From Acidobacteriota bacterium (lineage in GTDB: Bacteria > Acidobacteriota > UBA6911 > JACQSX01): a stretch of DNA of 35,255 nucleotides. The notes under the pieces are model-generated. The model saw only the letters and a program-made list of their open reading frames with translations. It was not told where the DNA came from and made no database searches. A program made the position numbers and the translations under genes. Positions 6,700 to 15,910 of this stretch are shown here, piece by piece. Location of the stretch: the NCBI GenBank assembly GCA_036507075.1, contig DASXQR010000116.1, positions 1 to 35,255 on the forward strand, read 5' to 3'. The first letter of the stretch is position 1; each line of letters starts with the position of its first letter.

Positions 6700-9600
6700 T
6701 TAAAAGATGTAGCGAATTGCAAACTGGCCGGTGCGCGGGCTGGTGAAGGCGCGCTGACCTGTAATCTGCAGGAAAGTGGCTTCCGAATTCAGCGCGGAAC
6801 GATTGGGATACCCCCACTGGGTTCGATTGAAGAAATTGTAAAACTCCATTCGAAAAGTCAGCATGTCGTTTTCGCGGATCCGGAATCCTTTGGAGAACTG
6901 GACATCAGTATTATTTTGCCCGTGAGCAAAGAAGTTATTCCTCCCCAGATTTCCCTGGCTTGCCAGACCCGGGACAAAAACTCGCTCGGAGCCGGGCGTT
7001 CCGGCGTTGGGAAAAATATCGGCCGGCTTGATCAAGGACTGACTTTTCTGCCTTCCCGTAGCCGGATCAAAACGCGGGTTATCGATGCTGATCCCGAGAA
7101 TGGAGGGATTCACCAGGAACGGCCGGTCGCTGGCCGTCCCGTCACTATTGACGTCGTAGCCGGCGGTAATGGTGAACGGATTGCCGGACGAAAACGTCGT
7201 GGTTCCCGCAAGCTGCCATCCACCGAGAACCTGCCGCACAAAAGAGTTCCAGCTCGCCAGAAACGGAGTGCGGTAGCTGTAGTTGATTACGGCGCGATGG
7301 GTTTGATGGAAGAGGCTGAAGCCGCGCATTGCGGCAGCCGAGTTTTTTCCGTTGGGTGAAGAACCCTGGTCTAACCCGGTGAACGTCGCTTCTGATCCTG
7401 TGTCGATCGCTTTGCTCCAGGTATAGTTTGCGCTCAGCGCCAACCCGTGGCTGTAACGCTTGGTGAAGGTCGTCTGCAATCCGTTGTAGTACGACCACGC
7501 TCCGTTAAAAATGCGCAGGTAGCCGCCATATCGTGGATCCGGTCGCCGGTCGTTGTAGCGTGGCTGCGCCAGACTGATGCACCCGGCCGGGGGATTTGGA
7601 TTCTGAATATTAGGATCAATGCAATTCATCAGCACGCCCCGGTTTAGTGCACTCACCCGGGGGTCATTGGGCGCAAGAATGGGAAACTCCGCTCGATTGA
7701 CCAAATCGTAAAACAGCAGCCCGACACCATGATTTCCCGTATAGCTCGCCGAAATGGATATTCTGGAAGGCAGTTGCCGCTCGATCGTCAGGTTCCATTG
7801 TTCTGTGTAAGGCATACGCATTCCGGCATCCACCGTCGTCGGGTTGTAACGCACACTGGGAATGGTTCCCGGTACGAATACAAAACCACCCGTCGGATCG
7901 GCAGGACCGATCACGTTTGCATAGTCCTGCGAGAGCGCGTTGGGAGGATTGAATCGGATGCTGGCTCCATTCTGCGAAAACACGGACTGGTACAAACGGC
8001 CGTGGAACATCCCTCCGCCGCCGCGGATCACAAAATTCCCCGGACCTCCAGTGATGGCGTGCAGGAATCCCTTGCCCGCCGGACTCCAGGCGAACCCGAA
8101 CCGCGGTTCCAGGTACGTATCCGACCCGAATCCATAATCCAGCAGATTGTTGACCTCTCTCAGCTTTAGAACGTGTTCGAAGCGCCCGCCGAAATTGAAT
8201 GTGAGATTCCGGCGCACCTTCCAGTCATCCTGGGCATAGAAATTGAGTTCGCCGCTGCGGTTTCCCAGGAAATTGGGACCCCAGGACTTAGTGAAAGCAC
8301 TCACGAACCCGCGGCGGAAGTTCTGAATTGCGTTCCGTCCCTGAGCCACGTTGAAAGTCCAGAACCCGCGGGAAAACTGGTCGGCTCTGTCGTTCAACTG
8401 TTGTTTGCGAATATCGGTCCCCACCTTTAAAGCGTTGTTGGACGTGAGTAGCGTGGAAAGGTTGTAGACGTATTGATAATCCGTCTGGTACCGCAGAATC
8501 GGAAAAACGCCGGAGCTGCCGAGAGTGGTCCCGCGGGTCAAGCCGCTGAAACGGACGATCGGTGTTTCGTTTCCGTCCTTGATGTTTACTGTAGTTCTCC
8601 GCCGCCCTACGGCAAAGCGGAATTCACCCACGGTCTTGGGAGTAAAGACGTGCGTTTGCGTGGCGCCGAAGTTCTGCTGCCGGTTGTCCTGCTTGGTCGC
8701 TTCTCCCCGCACAATGTTGTCGTCATTGTCCAGGAGTTGGGCGCTGTACTGGTAGCGAAACATGAAGTTGTTCGCTGCGCTTGCCGGGATATCGATCCGT
8801 GTGCCGTAATCGGAAGCAGGCCGGTTGAATCCACGCAGCGCCGAGTAGGCCCGGCTTCCAAGATTGGGGCTGTTCGGCGCGGCCTTTGGAAAACGGTCGA
8901 TGATCCCCTGGATCCACGCGACATCGGCCAGTGACAGACCTGTGGCTTCCGGGTCTACGGACCGTTCCTCAGGCAACAGAATGTCCACAGTGGTCAGCCC
9001 TGCGCCCTTGTTGATGTTGCGCTCAAAACTCTGAAAGAAAAAAGCCTTGTTCTCGCGAATCGGACCTCCGATCGTGCCGCCCCAAAGATGGCGATGGATT
9101 GCGCTCTTCTTGGCGCCCGCCAGATTTCCAAAGTAGGTTTGCGCGTTAAAAATATTGTTTTGTGTGAACCAGTAGGCATCGCCATGCCATTTGTTGGCTC
9201 CCGACTTGGTCTGCACCAGCACCACGGCTCCAGCGCCCCGGCCGAACTCGGCGGAGAAACTGTTCCGCAGCACCTGGAATTCTTTTATCGAACTGATGTT
9301 GACTCCCTGCCGATGCTGGTTCTCCGAGGAGTCATCGTTATTGACGCCGTCAGTCTGGAACGTAGCGGAGCGCGTGCCGGTGCCATTGATCTGTACCGAG
9401 CTGCCGCTGGACGCGGTTGGATTATCCTGTCCCGAAACGGCATTGGTCTGAAATCCCGGAACGTCGGCAACCAGCGCGAGCATGTTCCGGCTGAAGATCG
9501 GCTTATCTTCGATGTACTGGGAATCAAACGACGTCTTCAGCTCGCCCGTGGTGGTTTCAATCTGCGGAGGCTCGGCTGTGACGGTGACAGTCTGCTGCTG

Positions 9601-9939
9601 CTCGGCGATGTCGAGGCGCGCGTTTACTGTCGTAGTGACGTTGAGCCGCACTTCCACATTTTCGTGGATCAGAGTTTTGAAACCGGGCAGCGAAAACGTG
9701 ACAACGTATTTTCCAAGCACGGCAAACGGGATTTTGTAGAATCCCTCGTCATTTGTAATGGTGACTCGCTCCGTTTTGGTCGCCGTCTCCACAGCCGTGA
9801 CTGTCACTCCGGGAATGGCAGCAGTGCTGGCGTCAGTAACCCTCCCTTCCACGGTTCCCGAAACGGTCTGCGCGCTCAAAAGGCCGGCAAACAGACTGAA
9901 CAGACAACAAAGAAGTACCAGGACTTGGCGAAGAGGCAT
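6700..9939 (-). CDS. TonB-dependent receptor, Oar-like, with N-terminal carboxypeptidase-regulatory-like domain
   Basis: Signal peptide; GTVEGRVTDAS..IPGV; plug SAEFGRGAG..KSG; YAQDDWKV; C-terminal RTGQFAIRYIF ending in F; AAGGAGG RBS. Confidence 0.93.
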   Translation of the reverse strand: MPLRQVLVLLCCLFSLFAGLLSAQTVSGTVEGRVTDASTAAIPGVTVTAVETATKTERVTITNDEGFYKIPFAVLGKYVVTFSLPGFKTLIHENVEVRLNVTTTVNARLDIAEQQQTVTVTAEPPQIETTTGELKTSFDSQYIEDKPIFSRNMLALVADVPGFQTNAVSGQDNPTASSGSSVQINGTGTRSATFQTDGVNNDDSSENQHRQGVNISSIKEFQVLRNSFSAEFGRGAGAVVLVQTKSGANKWHGDAYWFTQNNIFNAQTYFGNLAGAKKSAIHRHLWGGTIGGPIRENKAFFFQSFERNINKGAGLTTVDILLPEERSVDPEATGLSLADVAWIQGIIDRFPKAAPNSPNLGSRAYSALRGFNRPASDYGTRIDIPASAANNFMFRYQYSAQLLDNDDNIVRGEATKQDNRQQNFGATQTHVFTPKTVGEFRFAVGRRRTTVNIKDGNETPIVRFSGLTRGTTLGSSGVFPILRYQTDYQYVYNLSTLLTSNNALKVGTDIRKQQLNDRADQFSRGFWTFNVAQGRNAIQNFRRGFVSAFTKSWGPNFLGNRSGELNFYAQDDWKVRRNLTFNFGGRFEHVLKLREVNNLLDYGFGSDTYLEPRFGFAWSPAGKGFLHAITGGPGNFVIRGGGGMFHGRLYQSVFSQNGASIRFNPPNALSQDYANVIGPADPTGGFVFVPGTIPSVRYNPTTVDAGMRMPYTEQWNLTIERQLPSRISISASYTGNHGVGLLFYDLVNRAEFPILAPNDPRVSALNRGVLMNCIDPNIQNPNPPAGCISLAQPRYNDRRPDPRYGGYLRIFNGAWSYYNGLQTTFTKRYSHGLALSANYTWSKAIDTGSEATFTGLDQGSSPNGKNSAAAMRGFSLFHQTHRAVINYSYRTPFLASWNSFVRQVLGGWQLAGTTTFSSGNPFTITAGYDVNSDGTASDRPFLVNPSILGISIDNPRFDPATGRQKSQSLIKPADIFPNAGTPGSERVFVPGLASQGNLGRNNFFAHGQNNTDVQFSKGFRIRENDMLTFRMEFYNFFNRTQWGYPNRSALNSEATFLQITGQRAFTSPRTGQFAIRYIF

Positions 9940-10034
9940 CCTTCCTCCTTACGGATAAGCCGGTTCGGCTTTCAATCGTTGAATTCTAGAATTAAACAGA
10001 GCCGTGAGGCAATTCATTAACAAAGACCTCCACC

Positions 10035-10072
10035 ATGTCAGTACCGCGGGCGTGAGCCCGCGGTACTGACAT
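10035..10072. repeat. Perfect 17-bp palindrome with GTGA loop (REP-like)
   Basis: ATGTCAGTACCGCGGGC-GTGA-GCCCGCGGTACTGACAT; no U-tract; lies between divergent genes. Confidence 0.85.
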
Positions 10073-10206
10073 TGGCGAACCTGGGCACGCGTCCGCCGAA
10101 CCTATGCCTCAGCCTGAACTTATGCTAGATTCCAATCATCCAACTCAAAAGGACGCAGCGGTTTGACTTTCAGCAGTGGATTCCAGTTCCCATCTAAGGA
10201 GAACTC

Positions 10207-12177
10207 ATGGCTCATCGACAGATTGCGCACGCTGAAACTACCACCCGCCAGGCTTTTCAACCTTACGTTCCGGCTTCCAAGAAGATCCCGGAATTTACGC
10301 TGAAGGCGATCCTGCTGGGCGCCTTCTTCGGAATTCTGTTTGGCGCCTCCACGGTATATCTGGCCCTGAGGGCGGGCCTGACGGTAAGCGCTTCCATACC
10401 GATCGCAGTTCTGGCCATCGCCGTGTTCAAGCGCATCGGCAAATCGACAATACTGGAAAACAACATTGTTCAAACGATCGGCTCGGCCGGCGAATCGGTC
10501 GCTGCCGGCGTGGTCTTTACCGTACCGGCGCTGTTCTTTCTGTATGGCCGGGAAGAGTATTTCAAATACGCGCAGATTTTCGTACTGGCCCTGGTGGGTG
10601 GAATTCTCGGAGTGCTGTTTATGATTCCGCTGCGTCGTTCGCTGATTGTCAAGGAACACGCGGTGTTGCCGTATCCGGAAGGAACTGCCTGCGCCGACGT
10701 GCTGATCGCCGGTGAAAAGGGAGGCACGTTTGCGCGCCGCGTTTTTGAGGGTCTCGGCATCGCGGTGCTCTACAAGTTGCTGATGAGCATCCTGGGGCTG
10801 TGGAAAGACGTTCCTGCCTACGTAACCAGGAAAGGCAGCGCTTACGCGAACGCCACAATCAACGGTGAGATCACTCCGGAATATCTCGGCGTGGGGTACA
10901 TCATCGGTCCGCGCATCGCGGGAGAAATGGTCGCCGGCGGGGTGTTGTCCTGGCTGGTGCTGATTCCGCTGATAACTTACTTCGGCAGCGCGCTGACGGT
11001 GGTCCTGAAACCCGGATTCGGCGACAAGCTGATCACCGACATGACCCCCCTGGAGATTTATCGCGGGTACGTACGCTACATCGGGGCGGGAGCGGTGGCG
11101 GCTTCCGGCCTGATCACCTTGCTTCGATCCCTTCCCACTATCGTTAGTTCATTCCGCGACAGTCTGGGAGACTTACGGGACCGGCGCACGGGAAAAACAC
11201 AGACCCGCACAGAAAAGGATATCCCCATTACCTATGTGTTGATCGGTTCGGCGGTGCTGGCGCTGGCGATCTCGATCATCCCCCAGATTCCGGGAACGTT
11301 TCCGGGAAAATTGGTAATGTCGATTCTGGTGGTAATCTTCGGATTTTTCTTCGTCACAGTGTCAAGCCGCATCGTGGGCATCATCGGATCTTCATCCAAT
11401 CCGATTTCAGGCATGACGATCGCCACGCTGATGGCGACCTGCCTGATTTTTGTCTCGATGGGCTGGACCGGAGATTATTTTCAACCTGTGGCGCTCTGCG
11501 TCGGGGCGATTGTTTGCATTGCCGCAGCCAACGCCGGCGCGACTTCTCAGGACTTGAAAACCGGTTACCTGGTGGGAGCGACTCCCATTTATCAGCAACT
11601 CGGTTTGATCATCGGCGTGCTGGTGAGCGTGGTCGCCATCGGTTATACGCTGATGCTGCTCCATACTTCTCCTTACGGCCCGATCGGCTCGGAGAAGCTG
11701 GCGGCTCCCCAGGCAACGCTGATGGCAACGGTGATTCGTGGAATGTTAAGCCAGAACCTCCCCTGGGGTCTGGTGTTCGCAGGAATGTTCATCTCGCTGG
11801 TGATCGAGCTCTGCGGAATCAAGTCGCTTTCCTTCGCCGTGGGGAGCTATCTGCCGCTGTCGACCACTTCCACTATTTTCGCCGGAGGCGTGGTGAAATG
11901 GCTGGCCGACCGGGCCAGCAAACGCCGGGTTGAGTCCGAGCTCACGCCGGGAATGTTGTACAGCACCGGGCTGGTCGCTGGAGGATCGCTGGCGGGAGTT
12001 TTCATAGCGATCCTGGCCGGACTTAAAGAAGGAGCTTATGCGCGCGCCATGAACATCGGCGCCAAAATCGGAGCGATTGACAAACTGGGCGCGATCGGTG
12101 ATCTGGTGGCGCTGGCGGCTTTCGGGGCGCTCGCATTTCTCCTTTTTAGGGTCGCCAAAAAACATGAAGAAATCTGA
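10207..12177 (+). CDS. OPT-family oligopeptide transporter
   Basis: GLTVSASIP, LENNIVQTIGSAGES, LPYPEGTACA, SNPISG, QDLKTG, APQATLM; AAGGAG RBS. Confidence 0.93.
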   Translation: MAHRQIAHAETTTRQAFQPYVPASKKIPEFTLKAILLGAFFGILFGASTVYLALRAGLTVSASIPIAVLAIAVFKRIGKSTILENNIVQTIGSAGESVAAGVVFTVPALFFLYGREEYFKYAQIFVLALVGGILGVLFMIPLRRSLIVKEHAVLPYPEGTACADVLIAGEKGGTFARRVFEGLGIAVLYKLLMSILGLWKDVPAYVTRKGSAYANATINGEITPEYLGVGYIIGPRIAGEMVAGGVLSWLVLIPLITYFGSALTVVLKPGFGDKLITDMTPLEIYRGYVRYIGAGAVAASGLITLLRSLPTIVSSFRDSLGDLRDRRTGKTQTRTEKDIPITYVLIGSAVLALAISIIPQIPGTFPGKLVMSILVVIFGFFFVTVSSRIVGIIGSSSNPISGMTIATLMATCLIFVSMGWTGDYFQPVALCVGAIVCIAAANAGATSQDLKTGYLVGATPIYQQLGLIIGVLVSVVAIGYTLMLLHTSPYGPIGSEKLAAPQATLMATVIRGMLSQNLPWGLVFAGMFISLVIELCGIKSLSFAVGSYLPLSTTSTIFAGGVVKWLADRASKRRVESELTPGMLYSTGLVAGGSLAGVFIAILAGLKEGAYARAMNIGAKIGAIDKLGAIGDLVALAAFGALAFLLFRVAKKHEEI

Positions 12178-12201
12178 AAAACGATGGCGCCGGTCCACAC
12201 A

Positions 12202-12298
12202 TTCTCCACAGGGCAGAGGTTTTGCAAGTCTAAGATTCCAGATTGCTTAGCCGAACGGCCCCTGATTTCCACAGCTTTTTCCACATATATGTGGAAAA
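12202..12298. promoter_or_regulatory. Cluster of DnaA-box-like 9-mers
   Basis: TTCTCCACA 12202, ATTTCCACA 12265, TTTTCCACA 12277, TGTGGAAAA 12290 (inverted); consensus TTWTNCACA. Confidence 0.45.
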
Positions 12299-12346
12299 CG
12301 CGCTGTCCCCGAAAATTCAGGGATAGACTTCTATTAGAAAAATCGG

Positions 12347-12409
12347 AACCGCGAGGCGCGAAAGCGCGAAAGAAGACTAGAGCGATTCTTGCTTCGCCTT
12401 CACGGTGAA
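12347..12409. repeat. Degenerate 9-mer-like hairpin element
   Basis: AACCGCGAGGCGCGAAAGCGCGAAAGAAG ... CTTGCTTCGCCTTCACGGTG. Confidence 0.6.
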
Positions 12410-12436
12410 TTTTTCACACGCTGGAAGGAGAGACCT

Positions 12437-14497
12437 ATGAATATTTCCTGGCGATTTGTCTTATCGATCTCACTTGCGTGCGGCTGCATTTGCGACTTTT
12501 TCCCAAGCGCTCTGGCGCAGGGGAAGCGGTTTTCTGTGGATGATCTCATCCGCGTGCGGCGGGTCTCCGACCCGGAAGTTTCGCCGGACGGAAGATGGGT
12601 GGTGTTCACGATCTCCGAAGTGGCGTGGGAAAAGAACGGGCGCAATACCGATCTGTGGGTCGTCTCAACCGAAGGCGGACAACCGCGCAGGCTGACCCAG
12701 GAGCCCGGGCGCGATGATTCACCGCGCTGGTCTCCCGATGGAAAGCGCATCGCCTTCATTTCCACCCGCGATGGAAAACCACAAGTCTGGCTGGCGGGGA
12801 TCGACGGATCCGCGCCGAGCAAAGTAACGCAGGTCAGCACCGGGGCGGATGGAGTCGTGTGGTCGCGCGATGGAAAATTCCTCGCCTTTTCTTCCGACGT
12901 TTACCCCGAGTGCGCCGACGACGATTGCAACCGCAGGCGGGACGAGCAGGCCGACAAGAGTATGGTCACAGCAAAGATCCTCGACCGCCTGCTGTTCCGG
13001 CACTGGAATGCATGGAAAGATGGAAAGCGCACACACATACTTGTGACTTCCATCCGGGGCGGCGCGGCAAAGGACGTCACTCCCGGAGACTTTGACTCTC
13101 CGCCATTTTCACTGGGTGAAGCTCCTGCTTATGACTTTTCCCCCGATGCCAAAGAGCTGGTATTCACCCGCGGCCCGGAGAAGGACGAAGCCGTCAGCAC
13201 TAACAGCGATGTGTACGTCGTCTCGTTGACCGGCCCGGCCGGTCCCCGAAAAATCTCCACGAGCGCCGGCGCCGACACCGGAGCGGTTTATTCTCCTGAT
13301 GGCCGCTACATTGCGTTTAAGTCGCAGCGCACGCCGGGATTTGAATCGGAGCGATGGGAACTGGTGATCTATGATCGCGGCACCGGGCAAGGCGCGAGTG
13401 TCACTCCCGACCTGGACCTTTCCGTCGATCATCTGGTTTGGAGCCCGGACTCCAGAATGATTTACTTCCAGACGGCGGAGAAAGGTCACAATCCAATTTA
13501 CCGATATGATCTGGGGACGCGGAAAGCGGAGAAGGTGCTGTCCGGAAATTTCTCCTACGGCGACGCATCGATCGACTCCAGCAGCAGGATTCTGACCTTT
13601 TCCCGCCAGACCTTTAACGCGCCCCTGGAAGTGTATCGCGCCGCAGCCGATGGATCGCAGGTCCAGCAGTTGACCTCGATTAATCAGGAATTCATGCGCC
13701 AGTTTTCACTGAGCGAGCCGGAAAGCGTGACCTGGAAGAGTAAGGACGGTTCGACCATCCAGGGTTTTCTGATCAAACCGCCTTTTTTCAATCCGGCGAA
13801 GAAATATCCCTTTCTGCTTCTGGTCCACGGCGGGCCGCAAGGCGCCTGGTCAAGCAGCTTTTCGTATCGCTGGAATCCGCAGGCGATGGTCTCGCACGAC
13901 TACGTGGCGCTGATGCCCAACCCGCGCGGCAGTTTTGGCTTCGGTCAGAAATTCACCAATGAAATCAGTGGAGACTGGGGAGGCAAGGTTTATGAGGATC
14001 TGATGGCGGGGGTGGATTATGCGTCCAGACTTGCCTATGTCGACAGCGCCCGCATGGGAGCAGCGGGGGGCTCGTACGGCGGCTATATGGTCAACTGGAT
14101 CGAGGGACACACGGACCGGTTCAAGGCGCTGGTTTCACACGCAGGAGTTTTCAATCTGACCAGTATGTATGGAGTTACGGAGGAACTTTGGTTTCCGGAA
14201 TGGGAATTCAAGGGAACTCCATGGAGCAATCCTAAGATGTACGAACGCTGGTCACCGCACAATTATGTGAAAAACTTTAAAACTCCGCTGCTGGTCGTTC
14301 ACGGGGAATTGGACTATCGCGTTCCGATCGGGGAAGGATTCCAGCTCTTCACCTCACTCCAGAAGATGAAGGTGCCCTCCAAGATGCTGTATTTTCCAGA
14401 TGAGGGACATTGGATCCAGAAACCTCAAAACAGCAAGTTGTGGTACGACACGGTTCTAGCATGGCTGGATAAATGGCTGAGGCCGAATGGGGAGTAA
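12437..14497 (+). CDS. Secreted S9-family peptidase (dipeptidyl aminopeptidase/acylaminoacyl peptidase); start ATG 12437
   Basis: AAGGAG RBS; signal peptide; WSPDG propeller repeats; HGGP, GGSYGG (Ser), DYRV (Asp), EGHW (His). Confidence 0.93.
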   Translation: MNISWRFVLSISLACGCICDFFPSALAQGKRFSVDDLIRVRRVSDPEVSPDGRWVVFTISEVAWEKNGRNTDLWVVSTEGGQPRRLTQEPGRDDSPRWSPDGKRIAFISTRDGKPQVWLAGIDGSAPSKVTQVSTGADGVVWSRDGKFLAFSSDVYPECADDDCNRRRDEQADKSMVTAKILDRLLFRHWNAWKDGKRTHILVTSIRGGAAKDVTPGDFDSPPFSLGEAPAYDFSPDAKELVFTRGPEKDEAVSTNSDVYVVSLTGPAGPRKISTSAGADTGAVYSPDGRYIAFKSQRTPGFESERWELVIYDRGTGQGASVTPDLDLSVDHLVWSPDSRMIYFQTAEKGHNPIYRYDLGTRKAEKVLSGNFSYGDASIDSSSRILTFSRQTFNAPLEVYRAAADGSQVQQLTSINQEFMRQFSLSEPESVTWKSKDGSTIQGFLIKPPFFNPAKKYPFLLLVHGGPQGAWSSSFSYRWNPQAMVSHDYVALMPNPRGSFGFGQKFTNEISGDWGGKVYEDLMAGVDYASRLAYVDSARMGAAGGSYGGYMVNWIEGHTDRFKALVSHAGVFNLTSMYGVTEELWFPEWEFKGTPWSNPKMYERWSPHNYVKNFKTPLLVVHGELDYRVPIGEGFQLFTSLQKMKVPSKMLYFPDEGHWIQKPQNSKLWYDTVLAWLDKWLRPNGE

Positions 14498-14644
14498 AGT
14501 CGAAAGTCGAAGATCAAAGGTCGAACGTCGAAGGTCGAAAGTCGAAGGTCGAGAATCGGAGGTCGAAAGTCGAAGGTCGACTTTCGATTATATGACTTTC
14601 GACTTTCTGACCTTCGACTTTCGACTTTCGACTTTCGACTTTTT
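14496..14644. repeat. Heptamer (AAGGTCG/AAAGTCG) inverted tandem-repeat element between convergent genes
   Basis: About 12 units at 14496-14580, then reverse-complement CGACTTT/CGACCTT-type units to 14644; fills the whole gap between two stop codons. Confidence 0.95.
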
Positions 14645-15235
14645 TTATACGAGGTCTTGTTTGAGAATATTCAAGACTTGCTTGGCGACGGCTTTCAGCG
14701 TTTCGGGCACGCCGGTTCCCTTTACTGCTACCGCTTCGAAGATCGGCTCATCGGCCACCTTGAGCTCTTTGATCAGTTCTTCGACCGTAAACTTGGGATG
14801 CAGGTCGCGCTTGTTCAACTGCAGTGCGTATGGAATTTTGAGAATGTCGTAGCCGTACTCTTTCAGATTCTCTTTCAGATCCCGCATCGATTCCAGATTC
14901 GCATCCATTCGGTCCGGATGTGAATCGGCGACAAAGACGACACCATCGGCTCCCTTGAGTATCAGCTTGCGACTCGCTTCGTAAAACACCTGGCCGGGAA
15001 CCGTATAGAGATGAAAGCGCGTCTTAAAACCTCCGATGTTTCCCAGATCCAGCGGAAGGAAGTCGAAAAACAGCGTGCGGTCCATTTCTGTGTTCAAAGA
15101 AATCAGCTTGCCTTTGCTCTTGGGATTTACCGAATCATAGATGAAAACGATATTGGTCGTTTTACCCGCCAAACCCGGGCCGTAGTAGACGATTTTGCAG
15201 TTGATCTCGCGATTAGCGTAATTGATGAAAGACAT
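14645..15235 (-). CDS. mglA: Small Ras-like GTPase MglA
   Basis: [48 protein letters not shown]; closely resembles Myxococcus MglA. Confidence 0.95.
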   Translation of the reverse strand: MSFINYANREINCKIVYYGPGLAGKTTNIVFIYDSVNPKSKGKLISLNTEMDRTLFFDFLPLDLGNIGGFKTRFHLYTVPGQVFYEASRKLILKGADGVVFVADSHPDRMDANLESMRDLKENLKEYGYDILKIPYALQLNKRDLHPKFTVEELIKELKVADEPIFEAVAVKGTGVPETLKAVAKQVLNILKQDLV

Positions 15236-15295
15236 GAATCTTGTGGTTTATCAATGCATTATTGGGAAACTGACAGGCTTGATCTGTGACCGGGA

Positions 15296-15730
15296 TCACG
15301 ACGTCTCGGCCGACACCCCCGCGCGCGTCTGCCAGTTCTTCCTGAGAATGTCCTCCAAAATTAATCGTGCCCGCTTAACACTGGACTCGTCTACGGCACT
15401 CTTGGCCCGATCGGCAAGCACCACGAGAATAGCGCGATCGCCCACCGAAGAGATATGAATGTTCCACTTCTCGCCCTGGTGGCTGACAGAAGAAAACTCC
15501 GTCTCCCCGAGAACTTTTGCCAGGCCATGGGTGGCTGCGACACTGCCGGCACTGAGCGAGGCAAGCGACTGTTCGTCACGGATTGGAGACTGGCCACTGG
15601 AAGAGATCATCTGACCGTTGCGGTTGATAAGATACACTCCTTCGGCGCGACATTTTGAAACGAGAGAGGACAGAACGAAAAGAATCTTTTCATTTTCCTC
15701 TTCGCGCAGAACAAAATTCGGGATTTCCAT
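15296..15730 (-). CDS. mglB: Roadblock/LC7 domain protein, MglB-like
   Basis: LINRNGQMI, SLASLSAGSVAAT.GLAK.LGE.EF..V.HQGE; directly upstream of mglA. Confidence 0.85.
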   Translation of the reverse strand: MEIPNFVLREEENEKILFVLSSLVSKCRAEGVYLINRNGQMISSSGQSPIRDEQSLASLSAGSVAATHGLAKVLGETEFSSVSHQGEKWNIHISSVGDRAILVVLADRAKSAVDESSVKRARLILEDILRKNWQTRAGVSAETS

Positions 15731-15831
15731 CCGCTCTCCTCAGGTCATTTTTGAAACAAAGGAGATTGTTATAGCATAAACGAGCGTCAGCGGATGCAAT
15801 CGTAAGCACAGACTCGATTTTTAGACTTGCC

Positions 15832-15859
15832 TTGACTGGAACGACGAAAGCCCTATAAT
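15832..15859 (+). promoter_or_regulatory. Sigma70-type promoter for TPR-yvcK-glmU
   Basis: TTGACT-16 nt-TATAAT. Confidence 0.6.
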
Positions 15860-15910
15860 AAGTTGCTTTTCCGCACCGCGTGCCTTAAATCATTGGGGAT
15901 AAAGAACATA

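Noticed and set aside
6586..10020. Long + strand ORFs antisense to the TonB receptor (similar ones lie opposite carB, the LeuA-family gene, rplM/rpsI and pilQ)
   Set aside because: Shadow frames of GC-rich coding sequence with no motifs, opposite well-supported genes.
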